64,000 bases of DNA from the human T2T-CHM13v2.0 reference genome, Homo sapiens (GCF_009914755.1 NC_060936.1), one strand, 5' to 3'. Shown: positions 26,511 through 40,899, counted from the stretch's first letter. A program made the numbers and translations. The notes: generated from the letters alone by a model not told the origin.

Positions 26511-27240
26511 ATATTTTGTTGAGAATGAAGCAATTGTTTCAATTCACATTAGAAATTTTACTCCGACGTTTAGTGTTTAATGTCTTTCCTTGTTAGAATC
26601 ATACTTAGACAAATTCACTTTAACTTGTTCTCAACTACACAAAAGTTTCTTTATCTGTGTTAGTATAAATAAATTAACCTTCTTTACTTTATGCTGAAAG
26701 TTTAAAACTTCAAATGAATTATTCATTAAGTTTGTCTGTGTAGCCAGTGTACTAACAACAATAAAAATAAGCATCTGAATGAAATATTATTTTCAATCCA
26801 ATTTTCTTATGTATGCCTTGAAGAAAGATCATCAGGAGCTGGCCCTGATGTTTTATATACTGGCAAATTTTGGTGATAGAAAAACTGTTACTGGTAACTC
26901 TTTTGCAAGAACTGTCAGCACTGCAGATAGTTTTTAACTAGTCTCCTTCCAACAGTAAGGGGCAAAAATTTCAGCATTCTGTGTGCCAAGCAAGTGAATA
27001 TTCAGACTGAAGTTCTCACAAGTATACAATGGTAAAAATGAGCCAGAGATGTAATTTATATAGGACTTAGCAAATGTTTTATCAAGCTCCACTGATTTTT
27101 TTTTGTATGAGGTAAGGTAAAAACTATTTAATTTATTTCATTGAACAAAAGAGGCCACATAAAGCTGTTTGAAGCACAATTAAAATCAAAGAATAAGGAA
27201 GTCAGGCACACTGCAAATAAGTTTGCTGGGGTTCTGAAGT

Positions 27241-27486
27241 TTTCTTCCTTCCTTTCCTTTCCCCTCCCTCTTTCCCTCTCTTCCCTCCCTTCCTTCCTTC
27301 TGTCTTTCTCCTTTCCTTTCTTCTCTTCTTCCTTATTTTCTTTCCTCCTTCCCCCTCCCCTTCCCTTCTCTCCCTTTCTCTATCCCTCCCTGTCTCCCTC
27401 CCTCCCTCCCTCCCTCCCTCCCTTCCTTCCTTCCTTCCTTCCTTCCTTCCTTCCTTCCTTCCTTCCTTCCTTTCTTCCTTCTTTCC
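27241..27486. repeat. About 245-bp polypyrimidine tract with (CCCT)n/(CCTT)n
   Basis: Almost purine-free on the + strand; read directly. Confidence 0.98.
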
Positions 27487-28029
27487 AAGCATGTTATATA
27501 AATAAGCAATTGCTCATATGCTTGAATGGCACCACAATAAGAAATCCTTTTTGGAAGTGTCTAAATGCTTACCCTTAATTTCTGACCTGTTCTCTTCAAA
27601 GATTTGTAACATGCAAATCATTGACCAGCACTGACCAAGACCCACTGTCAGTTCTTGTCTGGCCGTTACCAGTAGGTAACTTTTTTTTTTTTTAATCAGG
27701 CTTGCTGTCTGTTACGGCTCTCCTTTAGTAAAGTTTCCCAACAGCATATAAATGATATTTTTAAAAGATAATACCAAGAAATCCCTGGCTTAAAATCCTT
27801 CATGGGCTTCCCATCACACTTAATGGTAGTTCCACCTGGCTGACGTGGGGACCCTGTATAAACTGGCCCTGATAACCTCTCCTACTGAATTTCTTTGTTT
27901 CCCACATAATCACTGTCATTCTGTTTTTGGCTTTGCTTTATTTTAGAACTTCTTGTGTACTCTTTTCTCTTCCTAGAATGTATTTCCCCTGGCTCTCTAC
28001 CTGAGACTCAGTTTTGTTCATCTTTAGAC

Positions 28030-28270
28030 CAAGGATGGGCAAAGTTCATAAAAAGCATGACAGTAAATATTTTTACGCTTTTGGGTCATGCAGTCTTTGT
28101 CACAACTAGTCACCCAGCCATAGACAATACATAATGAATAAGCATGGCTGTTTTTCCACCAATCTTTATTTATGGACATTGAAGTTTGAATTTATATAAT
28201 TTTCATGTATAAAAATATTCTTCTCCTCTTTAAACAATTAGATATAAAAAGACATTTTAGCTCAAGGGTG
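28030..28270. mobile_element. hAT-Charlie MITE (MER58B-like) within an L2 remnant
   Basis: AGTAAATATTTTT, CAGCCATAGACAATAC, CTTTATTTATGGACATTGAAGTTTGAATTT. Confidence 0.75.
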
Positions 28271-28618
28271 TATTTTGGAGATCTATTTGTCTAAATTTAG
28301 CTTAAAAGTCATTTCATACGGGATTTTTCTGACTTTATTATCTAATAAGTATATTTTGTATCTCAGCACTGTTATTTTATGTTACATTACCTTTTTGTTC
28401 TTTTGAGACTTGTTTGTTTTCGAATTGTTTGTTCATTTCATATTTTCATTCAATTACAACTTTTCTGATCTTAACTATTCCACTTATCTCTGTATATTCA
28501 CCCTTAGGACAATGACTGGTACATAGTTGGTGTTCAGGATGTATTTGTTGACTAAATTAATTAATTTGGTGAACTTATTTTCCTACAACTCAAAGTGCTT
28601 TAAAAATGAGCTATGTCA

Positions 28619-30470
28619 CCTAGAAAAACAACTTCAGTAAAGTTTCAGGATACAAATCAACATAAAAAAAGTAGCATTTATATACACTAATAACATTCAA
28701 GCTGTGAGCCAAATTGAGAATGCAATCCCATTTACAACACACACACACACACACACACACCCCTAGGAATACATCTAACCAAGAAGGTGAACGATCTCTA
28801 CAAGGAGAACTACAAAACATTGAAGAAATAAATTATAGATGACACAAACAAATGGAAAAACATTTCATGCTCAGGGGCTGGAAGAATCAATATCATTAAA
28901 ATGACCATACTGCTCAATGCAATCTACAGATTCAAGACTATTTCTATCATACTACCAATGTCATTTTTCACAGAATTAGAAATTCTATTCTCAAATTCAT
29001 ATGGAACGAAAATGAATCCAAATAGCCAAAGCAATCCAAACAAAAAGAACAAAGCTGGAGGCATCACATTACATGACTTCAAACTATACTACAAAGCTAC
29101 AGTACCAGCATGGTACTGGTTCAAAAACAGACACATAGACCCATGGAACAGAATAGAGAAGCTAGAAATAAAGCTACACACCTATGACTGTCTGATCTTT
29201 GACACAGGCTTAAAAAAAATAAAGAAAGAAATAAGGAAATGACTCCCTATTCAATAAATGGTGCTGTGAAAACTGGCTAGCCATATGCAGAAAATGAAAC
29301 TGGACCCCTACCTCTCACCATATTAAAAAATTAACTCAAGTAAGACCTCAAACTATAAACATTCTAGAAGAAAACCTAAAAAATATCCTTCTTGACTTCA
29401 CTGTTGGTAAAAAGTTTATGACTAAGTCCTCAAAAGCAATTGCAACAAAAGTGAAAATTAACAGTGGGACCTAGTTAAACTAAAGAGCTTCTGCACAGTA
29501 AAAGAAACTATCAACAGAGCAAACAGCCTACAGAACGGGAGAAAATATTCACAAACTATGCAGCTGACAAAGGTCTAAAATCCAGACTCTATAAAGAACT
29601 TACAAAAATCAACAAGCAAAAAACCAAATAACCCCATTAGGAAGTGGGCAAAGAACATGAAAAGACACTTCTCAAAATAAGACATATAAGCGGCCAAAAA
29701 AATGAATGAAAACATGCTCATATCATTAATCAGAAAGAAATGCAAATCAAAATTGTGATATACCATCTCACACTAGTCAGAATGGCTTTTGTTAAAAAGT
29801 GAAAATTTAACAGGTGTTGGAGAGGCTGCAGAGACAAAGGAACACTTATACACTATTGGTGGGAATGTAAATTAGTTCAGCCAATGTGGAAAGCAGTTTG
29901 GAGATTTCTCAAAGAACTAAAAATAGAACTACTAGTTTACCCAGCAATCTAATTACTGGGTCTATACCTAAAGAAAAAAATTATGTTACCAAAAAGATAT
30001 ATATACCTGTATGTTTGTTGTAGCACTATTCATAATAGCAAAGACATGGACTCAACCTAGGTATCTGTCAATAGTGGCTTGTATAAAGAAAATGTGGTAC
30101 GTATACACCATGGGATACTATGCAGTCATAAAAAAGAACAAAATCATTTCCTCTGCAGCAACATGGATGCAGTTGGAGGTCATTATCCTAATGGAATTAA
30201 CACAGAAACAGAAAACCAAATATTGTATGTTTTCACTTATAAATGGGAGCTAAACATTGGGCACATATAGACATAAAGATGAAAACGATAGACACTGGGG
30301 ACTACAAGAGGGAGGAGGAGAGAGTAGGACAAGGGTTGAACTACCCAGTGGGTACTATGCTCATTACCTGGGTGATGGGTTCAATTGTACCCTAAATCTC
30401 AGCATCATGCAATACAATCATGTAACAAACCTGCACGTGTTACACCTTGAATCTAAAATAATTTTAAAAA
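28619..30470 (+). mobile_element. 5'-truncated L1 (L1PB/old L1PA): decayed ORF2 3' part plus 3' UTR
   Basis: ORF2 peptides ([33 protein letters not shown]) with frameshifts; 3' UTR CATGTAACAAACCTGCAC; internal (CA)n at 28737-28760. Confidence 0.96.
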
Positions 30471-30889
30471 GACAGGAAAAATATTTGGAAAAATGCACGC
30501 CCAACTGCTTTACATGGTGGGCAGAATGAAAGCCATTTCACTTTCATGTAGAAATTTCAGAAGTGGTTAAACTAGTATAAACAGAACATATTAATTTTGT
30601 AATTTGGAAATTTTTCCATGGTAAACACTGTATTTTTTCTCTTAAAAAAAAAGAAAAAGCTATGTCAAACAGCTTGTTTTAGGAGGTTTAATACATTGTG
30701 AGAATACAACTTAACATAAGCATTCTATTATTTTTCTCATTGTGGTTTGTATTCAAACTAAATCTGAGAGAATATTTGCTCTCCTCATTCAATCTTCAAC
30801 AGCCATAAACAGTGCAAACAAAAAAAATCTACACATTCACACTGTGTATCGCATTGTGTTTATAAAAAGATCATAAAAAGGCACAATGT

Positions 30890-31220
30890 GGCTGGGTACC
30901 GTGGCTCACGCCTGTAATCCCAGATCTTTGGGAAGCCCAGGCAGGCAGATCCCTTGAGGTCAGGAGTTCAAGACCAGCCTGGCCAACATGGTGAAACCAC
31001 ATCTCTACTAAAATTACAAAAACTAGTCAGGCATGGTGGCACATGTTTGTAATCCCAGCTACTTGGGAGGCTGAGGCAGGAGAATCAGTTGAACCTGGGA
31101 GGCGGAGGTTTCAGTGAGCTGACATCATACCACTGCACTCCAGCCTAGGCAACAGAGTGAGACTCAGTCAAAAAAATAAAATAAAATAAAGAAAGAAAGA
31201 AAAAGAGAGAGAGAGAGAGA
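30890..31220 (+). mobile_element. AluS (Sx/Sz-like) with compound A/(GA)n tail
   Basis: GAGGTCAGGAGTTCAAGACCAGCCTGGCCAACATGGTG; residual TSD ACAATGT. Confidence 0.95.
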
Positions 31221-31379
31221 CAATGTAGTATTATCATAGTCTTAAGACTTTTACTTGATGTTGAAATTACAGTCATTTACACAAAAATGAATTCCTTTGG
31301 TATAATTTGTGAGTCTCATGAAATGTCTTTGTTGCATAAAGAATTGAAAGTAGCCATAAAGCTGTGCCAGTCATTGTTG

Positions 31380-31730
31380 GTGTCCATCAGTTCCCTCACT
31401 CTCCCCTTGCCTGTCTCAGTGGCAGAGCCCTGGTGTGATTATGTGCCTACGGAAGCTGACCCCACCTTGGCCCAGAGTGAATGTTGATTTGTTTTAGCCA
31501 ATTGTGACAATTCCATCCCCCCATCTAAAGGAATCACCAGGTAGGAACCAATGACACCAAAAGTGGGTTGTTAGGGACTTTGGTGAAGGATCTTCTACTC
31601 TGTGAAAACAGACACAATAAGAAGTATGGCTCTTCCTCTTCCAGTCTTTGAACAAGGCCATGTGAAAACATAATGTAATATATCAGAGCAAAGATAAAAG
31701 AATAAAGATAGTGAATAATAAAACATGTAT
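31380..31730 (+). mobile_element. ERVL LTR fragment (LTR16-like)
   Basis: GAAGCTGACCCCACC, TTTAGCCAAT..ATTCCATCCCCC, CCAATGA motifs. Confidence 0.5.
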
Positions 31731-34011
31731 CTCTAAAAACTAAGAATTTAAACCCCAGCTTTCTGATTTAGGCCTTTCATTTCAATATAATACAGGAATT
31801 GCCTGTCTGAAACAATGCAAAGGTTATAGGGACAGTTGTGAAAGAAGCATAGACAGTGAACAAAATTGCATCAGTACAAAAATTTACCTGAAAAAAAACA
31901 TAAATGATGTCATGAAAATGACAACTGATTCTCATGGTAAACACAAGATGGCCTCTTCTGTGATTGCTTATACTTCCAGGAAACGGCTATTCTTTTGTAT
32001 ATCCTCTGATTATTGCTGCCAGCCCAATATCATGTAACTAATATACTAAAAATACATTTTGAATAATGAAAGAAACTCTTGCAAGTAACCTATTGTATGA
32101 CACTTTTTTATATCAAAATATCAAAATAAAAGCTAATGCTAAAAATCAAAAGCTCCTTCTTTTCTGAGAATGAGTAACTAGCTAGATTAGCAGCCAACCC
32201 AGATGCAAGGCCAATTGATGGGTCAGGAAGCAAGTTCAACAATCCAGGAACATGATGTTGATTTTGGCCATTCGCTAAAGAATGTTTTTCTGAATATTCA
32301 GGGTGGTGCTGACTTCAGTTTTTCTTTCTGCTAGAATGATGCGTAAAATGAAATCTTCTACAAATCTCCTTCCTACAAGTGTTTATTCTCTGATTAAATT
32401 TTAAAAGGAAGTTTTTTTTGTTTTTTTTTTAAGTCACGAATTTTCCTAGATACTTAATCTGATCCATTTCTTTAAAAACCCGTGGTCTGTTCTCAAAGAG
32501 ATAAGGAAACAGGATGGTTGTCTAGGCCCCAACTTTTTAGGCAAATTATTACTAAGGGCAGGTTTTTTGTTTCCCTGGTCCTATAGAATCAATGTCAGTT
32601 CACTCTTCTCTGAATTTTAGATCCGCATCAAATCTCTAACTATATGCTAATGCTGAGTGCCATAGTTTTATAAACAGTGATATTTCTTACTGTTTGATGT
32701 CAGTTGATTTCTATGCTTTTTTTTATTTCTATGCTCTTTACTTTTGTGTTCCACAATTTGTTTTTGTGGTTTATATGTAGTTTACGCTGTATACTTTAAA
32801 TATTCAATTAGATATAAGTTGAATCATTGTAGATTAAAACTATATGTCAACCTAGGAATGTCACTTAATTCTTTAATAATTTTGATTATGCACACACAAG
32901 AATGTTTAATAAAATTTCCAAGGAAAAGTCTATATCATCACAAATGCATATTTATGCTACCAACATACTTGATTACATCCTAAAATGATTGATAAACAGG
33001 TGAAAATACGTATTTAAAATTAAAACCTGTATACATTATATGAAACTGGTGTGCTGATTGAGACTCAGCCACAAGTGCAGGCAAACATTTCCAAACCAAG
33101 CTATACATGTTGGACCACAATGAATAATCTCATGCTGGGCTAATTTCATTTTTTCCTCATAGAAGTTAAAGAAAAAAAAAACATCAGTGTGGCTAACAAT
33201 GAAATAAGATTAGAGCTATGGAAATGCTAGAATCAAATATACTAATAACCCAATTAAATATAAAGATACTATTTAATTTCACAACTTTTAAAAAATCTCT
33301 TATATACTTACAACTTTAGGCTTTATTTCTCTGAAAAATATTTAATTTCTATAATAAAGATAAATTATTTTTCAATATAGCTAAATGATAAAGTTATGCC
33401 AACATAACATTGCATGTTTAGAAAATATAGAAAGATTGTTATAGATATGTTTAGCAAAAATTCTTCTTTCCAGTAACCTCAGATGAATTTTTACTTGCAG
33501 TTAGAGTCTTTGTTTTCTTCTTATAGTTAAAGAAAAAGTTAACAAATCAATAGATCTTTAAATTTAAAACGATGTCATGAATCATTGTTAAACCCTAGGT
33601 TACTATGGCTATTGCAGAAAGGTAAAATTATATGATGCTGTTTTATTTTTAAAAAAAAATCAATAAAAGCAATTTTACTTGAGCTGTGATTTCAAAATTA
33701 TAACCTACTGGTTTAAATTCACTGTATAACTGATTAAGTGGTAAGCAGAATATGATCATTAGGATAGCTTTAACAGAACAAGCTGTTAAAGGAAAGGGAA
33801 TTTATGTATCAGACATAGTCTCTGTATATTTGGTTTTCTGTATTCAAAAAGCATATGTAGTAATATTTTTAAAAACTGTACCACAGTCCACTTTGTGTAA
33901 TATTATTTTCTAGGATAACAGACTATAATACTCTGTGTGTGTAGAATTGGTCCTGATAGTAATGGCTATCACATACTGAGTAATCACTATGGGCCCGATA
34001 CAGTGCCCAGC

Positions 34012-34379
34012 TGAAATGGTTTGGCTCTGTGTCTCCACTCGTCTCACTTTGAATTGTAATAATCTCCACCTGTTAAGGGCAGGGCCAGGTGGAGGTAATT
34101 GAATCATTGGGTCAGTTTCCCCCATAGCGTTCTCATGGTAGTGAGTAAGTCTCGCGAGATCTGATGGTTTGATAAGGGGAAACCAGTTTCACCTGTCTTT
34201 CATTCTCTCTTTTCCTGCCGCCATTGTTGTGAGATGTGACTTGCTCCTTCTTGCTTTCCACCGTGATTCTGAGGCCTCCCCAGTCATGTGGAACTGTGAG
34301 TCCAATTAAACCTCTTTCTTTTGTAAATTGCCGAGTCTCGGTTATGTCTTTATAAGCAGCGTGAAAGCAGACTAATACC
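34012..34379 (+). mobile_element. THE1 (B-like) solo LTR inserted in an antisense MIR (about 33955-34560)
   Basis: TGAAATGGTTTGGCTCTGTGTC...GACTAATAC; TSD CCAGC/CCAAC. Confidence 0.95.
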
Positions 34380-34574
34380 CCAACACTTAATACAGATCTC
34401 TCATTTCATCATGCAACAATCCCTTAAAGGTAGATACTTTTTTCTCCCTATTTTAAAGATGTGGAAACTGAGGCTTAGAGTGATTAAGCAGCTTGGTCAG
34501 GGCCCAATCGTTTACCAGTATTTGTAACCCGACTTGAATTTAAGAAATCCAACCCCAGAGTGTAGTTTTGCGTT

Positions 34575-35357
34575 TGTTTTATAAAAAGGAAGCTTGACTC
34601 AGTTTTGAAGCCTTGACTACTAGAGGCTGGTCAGTTCCCCTTCGTTTTTTTTTTTTTTTTTTTTTTTTGAGATGGAGTTTCACTCTTGTCGCCCAGGCTG
34701 GAGTGCAATGGCCTATCTCCGTTCACTGCGACCTCTACCTCCTGGGTTCAAGCGATTGCCTCAGCCTCCCGAGTAGCTGGGATTACAGGCGCCCACCACC
34801 ACATCCAGCTAATTTTTGTATTTTTAGTAGAGACAGGGTTTCACCATGTTGGCCAGGCTGCTCTCGAATTCCTGACTTCAGGTGATCTGCCCGCCTCGGC
34901 CTCCCAAAGTGCTGGTATTACAGGCGTGAGCCACTGTGCCCAGCCACTTTCCCTTCTTGAAAAGCTAGTTAAGTCCATACTCCATCCATTTTCCTTTTTG
35001 AATCTTATACTCTGATCCTCTATGTACCAGCCTTTATCATCCCAAGACCATATATCAGACAACTAGGGATAATCCTTTTTCCCCGAAGCACAGGATACTA
35101 TTCAAATTACCCAATCCAGAGAAATTTAGGAAACCTAGCTATCCCCCGCTACTTGCCATACATTAGTTTCTCCCTACAGCTTCAACTTGCTGTTACCCTT
35201 TCCCAGGGTGCAACAACTGTTGGCCCTGCCTAGCAGTTTGGAGCTGTTAAGTAACTAGTTTGGAGCTGTTAAGTAACAAAGATTTCTGTCCTTCATCTAT
35301 CCTAGTGTCATTGTGTTATATCTCATCATCAAAATAATCTTTAAATCTTATAAAACA
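34575..35357 (+). mobile_element. ERVL-class LTR (MER54/MER74-like) interrupted by an Alu
   Basis: TG...CA termini with 10-bp inverted ends TGTTTTATAA/TTATAAAACA; CAGACAACTAGGGA and TATTCAAATTACCCAATCC motifs. Confidence 0.6.
34645..34945 (-). mobile_element. AluS
   Basis: Poly-T then GAGATGGAGTTTCACTCTTGTCGCCCAGGCTGG...CCCAGCC. Confidence 0.96.
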
Positions 35358-35408
35358 CAGAATCCATGCCCTCAATCCCAGCATTTCCTCCCACTTATAG
35401 TGAAGGTG

Positions 35409-35714
35409 TTTTGTTTTGTTTTGTTTGTTTTTTTGAGACAGAGTCTCGCTCTGTTGCCCAGGCTGGAGTGCAGTGGTGCAGTCTCGGCTCACTGCAACCT
35501 CCACCTCCCAGGTTCAAGAGATTATCTCGCTCAGCCTCCTAAATATCTGTGATTACAGGTGCCCACCACCATGCCCAGCTAATTTTTGTATTTTTAGTAG
35601 AGACATGTTTCACCATGTTGGTTAGGCTGGTCTTGAACTCCTGACTTTAAGTGATCCGAACACATCTGCCTCCAAAAGTGCTGGGATTACAGGCGTTAGC
35701 CACTGCACCCAGCC
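35409..35714 (-). mobile_element. AluS/J
   Basis: (TTTTG)n then GAGACAGAGTCTCGCTCTGTTGCCCAGGCTGG...CCCAGCC. Confidence 0.95.
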
Positions 35715-36167
35715 AAAGATGATAAATTATAGACCACTTAACTCTCTTTACCATGTACATTTAATTGGTCTGAAGTCATATTAACTGGAATTGGTTACAA
35801 GAACTTAAGCATTTCTTTCCACATGTTATGATAAAGGTCATATTTAAGGTAAAATTGAATTGAATAGGGCAAAGGAGATTATACAGTTTTTAAAAATAGG
35901 CTTTAAAATTATGCTTTCTGGTTGGTTTATAAATAAATAGTCAAGAAAATTTATCAGAAAGGAAAAGAATTATTGTGTTAGTCAATACAATGAAAATATA
36001 GAATAACTCAAATGAATAATAACTTTAAATAAGGCCCCTTGTACTTGAATACTTCAAAGATGAAAGCATTAGTGAAAAAGCCCCCCCCGCCCCCCACCAC
36101 CCCGCTGATGTCAGAAAGAAGTCATTGCAATGTGTAAACTGCTATGAATTACTTTAATAGTGTAATG

Positions 36168-36388
36168 CAGGGTTTGGAAAACTTGTAGAGAGTCAAATAG
36201 TAAATACTTTAAGGCTGTGGAGACCATAAGGTCTCTATCTTAACTACTCAGCTCTGCCTTTGTAATGTGAAAACAGCCATGGGCAGTGGTTAAGTGAATG
36301 GGTGTGTCTGTTTGCAAATAAAGCTTTATTTATATAAACAGGCAGCAGGTTGGATTTGGCCCCACGGGTCATAGTTTGCTGACCCCTG
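36168..36388. mobile_element. MER58A (hAT-Charlie), full length
   Basis: TIRs CAGGGTTTGGAAAACT / AGTTTGCTGACCCCTG. Confidence 0.9.
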
Positions 36389-36813
36389 TTCTAATAGTCT
36401 AAATTATAGTTATGGCTTCCTTCTCATCCATGAGTGACACACTTTTATAGAAGGGACTTCCCTTTTTAGGAAATATGAGAGTCGCATTCCAGGGATAAAG
36501 TAACTCTAGAGTGATCCAGCCAAAGGCATTTTGTTTGAAACAATGTTATGATCATAATTCAACTGACCTTTTTAGGACAGTTGGGATAGGTCACATAAAT
36601 AAAGACTGCTTTGTTGTGATACTACCAGTTTCAGCTTCACAAAACTCCTGATTTTTATAAGGTTTATCATCTGCTGCTCTGCATTTTGTATTTGTTAATT
36701 TCCAAAAAAAACTTGTACCTAGTAAACTATTCATCTCTCATATGAAGTGATTTATCAGTTGAGACTAGAAATGAATAACACCCTTTTATGACATATAAAT
36801 AATAATCATAGTA

Positions 36814-37434
<621 letters not shown>

Positions 37435-37489
37435 TAATAATAACTACAATAAGAGATGCTAGATATTGAATATTTACTGTGCGAAATCC

Positions 37490-37775
37490 TGCTTTCTCTT
37501 CAAGACCCATTTTGTCTAGGAAGCCTTCTCTGACTCCATGGACTAAGTGTTGCATCCTTTTATTCCCCACCCCTTATAGCTCTCTGGTTTTCTTTGTATC
37601 ACAGCACTTGTCACACTCCAAGAGTCTTACTATCATTTCCCTCCTCAACTGGTAATAAGTGCCTGGGGGGGTCAGGAATGATGATTTATTTATCCTTGCA
37701 TCCCTAGGGAATAGCACAGTGCCTGGCTCCTAACAGGCTATCATGCTATAAATGCTTACAAAAGAAATGAATGAA
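37490..37775 (+). mobile_element. L2 3' end
   Basis: AGGAAGCCTTCTCTGAC...TAGCACAGTGCCTGGC...AATGAATGAA. Confidence 0.75.
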
Positions 37776-38779
37776 CGATACCTGGAGCCATAGTGGAGCT
37801 GGCTAGCCTCCTGAGGCCTATAGGAACTGAAAGGAAAAGCTGAGTCCTGGCATAATATCAAGGTTTGGATGAAAGGCCCATCACTCTGAATCATTCTAGC
37901 ACAAATTATAGGCTTTAAAAATGGTTTGTGAATGTTAACGGTTTTGAGTTTACTGCACTGTAAGATATCTTAAATTTCGCTCCCTTCCCTGGGCCCCTAC
38001 TCTTTCTGATTGTATGTTGGTTTGTTCACTCAAGTGAGGAAGAAAGGCAGTTTGAAAATAAACCACAAATACAGATTGTTTTCCTTGTCTGATTCCCCCT
38101 TTGTTTTTGTTTATCACAGAACCAGAACTAAGATGCCTTTAGAGATGTGTGCAGATAAGCTACCAGAAATGAAATTTCAATTCAAGTTTGGCACTAAGTA
38201 AGCCACTCTCCCAAAAGTTTTTTACAATGTGCTGACTGTAATACTTTGACCATAAACCACTGGTAATAACAAGAAGTTAGGCCCTGGTTACAAACATATT
38301 ACTGCATTGCCAAGCCCTTCAGTGGAATTCAACTACTACATATTTTTAGGTTAAAGAGAACTATATCTTCTGTGTTTCAGCCAAATTTGACTTTGGTTTC
38401 AAATTACCTCTGAGGAGAATTTTTAGCTGATAATTTATCGTATATGATTTGTCTCACATAGAGATATATTTATAGCACATTTGGTAAATAAATATCTTTT
38501 CTATTAAAAAGGCCAAAGCACATCCAGTGATAACTTCTTAACTTAAGCACATCCAGTGATACTTCTTAACTAAAGGTTGCCTGTGGAAAATATTGGTTCT
38601 TCTGGGGACTAAAAAGGGAAGTAGATAGAAATTCTGATATCTTAGGTCATTGGAAATAGGGAAGTGGGAGTGAGTAAATGTAGGGATTTCAGAAAAAAGA
38701 AAAAAAAAGACTATATATGTATATCTCTCTCTCTCTCTCTCACAGTACCTGGCTCCTAACAGGCTCTCATGCTATATCT

Positions 38780-39020
38780 ATATATATATATTTACATATA
38801 TATATATATTTACATATATATACACACACACACACACATACACACACGTTTTACATATATACATATATATTATGTATATGCATATATATTATGTATATGT
38901 GTATATATATTACATATATACATGTATATATATTTGACATATATACATGTATATATTTGACATATATATATATACATGTATATATATTTGACATATATAT
39001 ATATGTAAAAAAAAAAAAAA
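38780..39020. repeat. (TA)/(CA)-rich compound microsatellite with about 25-bp units, followed by poly-A
   Basis: Repeated ATATATACATGTATATAT(AT)TTGAC units. Confidence 0.95.
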
Positions 39021-40899
39021 GGGACTCTGAGGTCTCCAGAGAAATATCTGGAAAAGTCTGAGGCTTCATTCTAGGGAGTATTCCTGCTAGGTCGGCACGA
39101 AAGCCTCTAATTCTGACTGGGCTTACTTGGTTATATTTACAGATATCACACATATGTGTCTTCAACACTTGTCATTTTTCATTTCCCCTTGGTTGATCTT
39201 TCCTCATTCCTTTTCTCTTGAAAGATAAAGTAGTGAAAACATTTGGATGAAAAGGGAAATCCCAGAATTTTTCTTCTAAACTCAATTGGATAAGATAACG
39301 TAAAGTAAATCTACATTTCTCTACTAACTTGCAATCTACAGCGCTGGTTAATAGAGCATACAGGGACTATCAATACCTTAAGAAACACTAAAATAAGAAA
39401 CAAAAAAATGTTGAGGAAAGCAGTTTGTGCAAGGAGAGACTTCTCTAATTATTTACTTATTCCACAAATATTTACTGATTGCTGGCTATATGAATGAACA
39501 TAGGTGAAAAGTAATTTTAAGAAGTTATTGTAATTCATATTTCCTTTGCTAGAGCAGCTTAATCTGTAGTAAAAATTTTCAATTTGACATTTTAAAATTA
39601 TGGGTTCTCTGAGAAATTTTAACTCTCAAATTCCAACATAGGTCTTATTTGTGATAAACCTGAGCACTGACCTTTGTAAGTTTTACTTACTTGGTTATTA
39701 TTGTAATTGATCTTAAGGCAGTTTTTCATATTCTTTGAGCTCTCTTCCAAATCATTCCTGACACATAATTCTACCAACTGCTAAACCTAATCTTCCATAA
39801 TAATTTGTGTTTACATGTTCTAATCTTACTGTCAATTTAAGAGGTATTAATGAGTAATACTGAATATATTCTCAGAAAAAAATGGTTGTTTTATTTACCT
39901 AAATAAAACACTTAGGTTTTAATAAGACTGTTAGAATGCTTATGCATAGTTCTATGATATATGAAGTTGAAGATTTTTCCTTTTAATTTAAAAAAGTTCT
40001 CTTGCATTTAAGGAATGAAAGCCATTCTAACTTGAGTTCATGGTTTATTATATTAAGGAGGCTTAAGCTACAGACTTTGGTGTCATACCAATTGTAATGG
40101 TTACTGCTTATTCCTGTTTTTAACAGGAAGCTTTTAATGGAAACAGAACACACAAACAAGTGCACAGAACAAAAATATCTGCTTCTTTTCACTAATTAGC
40201 ATAGTCATATACAGTCATGGACTACATTTATAAATGTAAGGTGAAATCACCTTTTCAAAAACCTGAAAGTTTTAAGTTTTGGATTCATTCATCTGGTTGT
40301 CTTTCTTTGGGAGCAAAGCTAGGAAAAAAAAATACGAGTTTCTCTAAGTTTAAGTCAATTTTTCTGGAGCATTTAATAGCACACTTGCACTACGCATTAT
40401 GAAGAAACATAAGCTCTACACATTGACATATTTACATTTAACCTTGCTTAACCTTATCCTTGTAGTTTTTTTTAAGGAAAATAATACCAGTCTCTCTGAG
40501 CATTGTTCTTCCTTAAGCTTTTGTCAGATCTTCGTAGAGGATAATCACTGTGGCAAAAAATTCAAGAAACTAAAGGTAATGGGTAATGTTGATTCAACAT
40601 TTTACACAGTTCTTGGAAATAGACATGCCATTTGAAAGCAATCTTTTCATTAGCAAGTCATTTTTGCCTACTATATACAAGGATAATAATGAAAGAATTG
40701 CAACATATTCAGTAATATATTCAGTCATACACAGTCAGATATGCCAATTCATTTATAAATCTATACATGAATATTTAATGTAGTTGACTCAGGTATATAG
40801 AGTTTTTAGATGCAAGTTTAAATTATTTAGACTACAAAATTTAGAAGGATACAGTGTAGTGTAGTCAAAAGAACACTGAACTTTGAATCAAGATGTGTT

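Noticed and set aside
27141-27578. 145-aa and 96-aa ORFs with PSFL/KEGR repeats
   Set aside because: Produced by the (CCTT)n simple repeat.
27602-27675. Possible 74-nt exon (CAAAG|...TAG|GTAACT) sharing GACCAGCACTG with the 2911 candidate
   Set aside because: Short pyrimidine tract, moderate donor and frameshifting length; the short match is plausible by chance.
28901-30529. L1 ORF2-like ORFs
   Set aside because: Frameshifted, 5'-truncated L1; not an active element.
38717-39168. YIYI-rich ORFs
   Set aside because: TA/CA microsatellite artefact.
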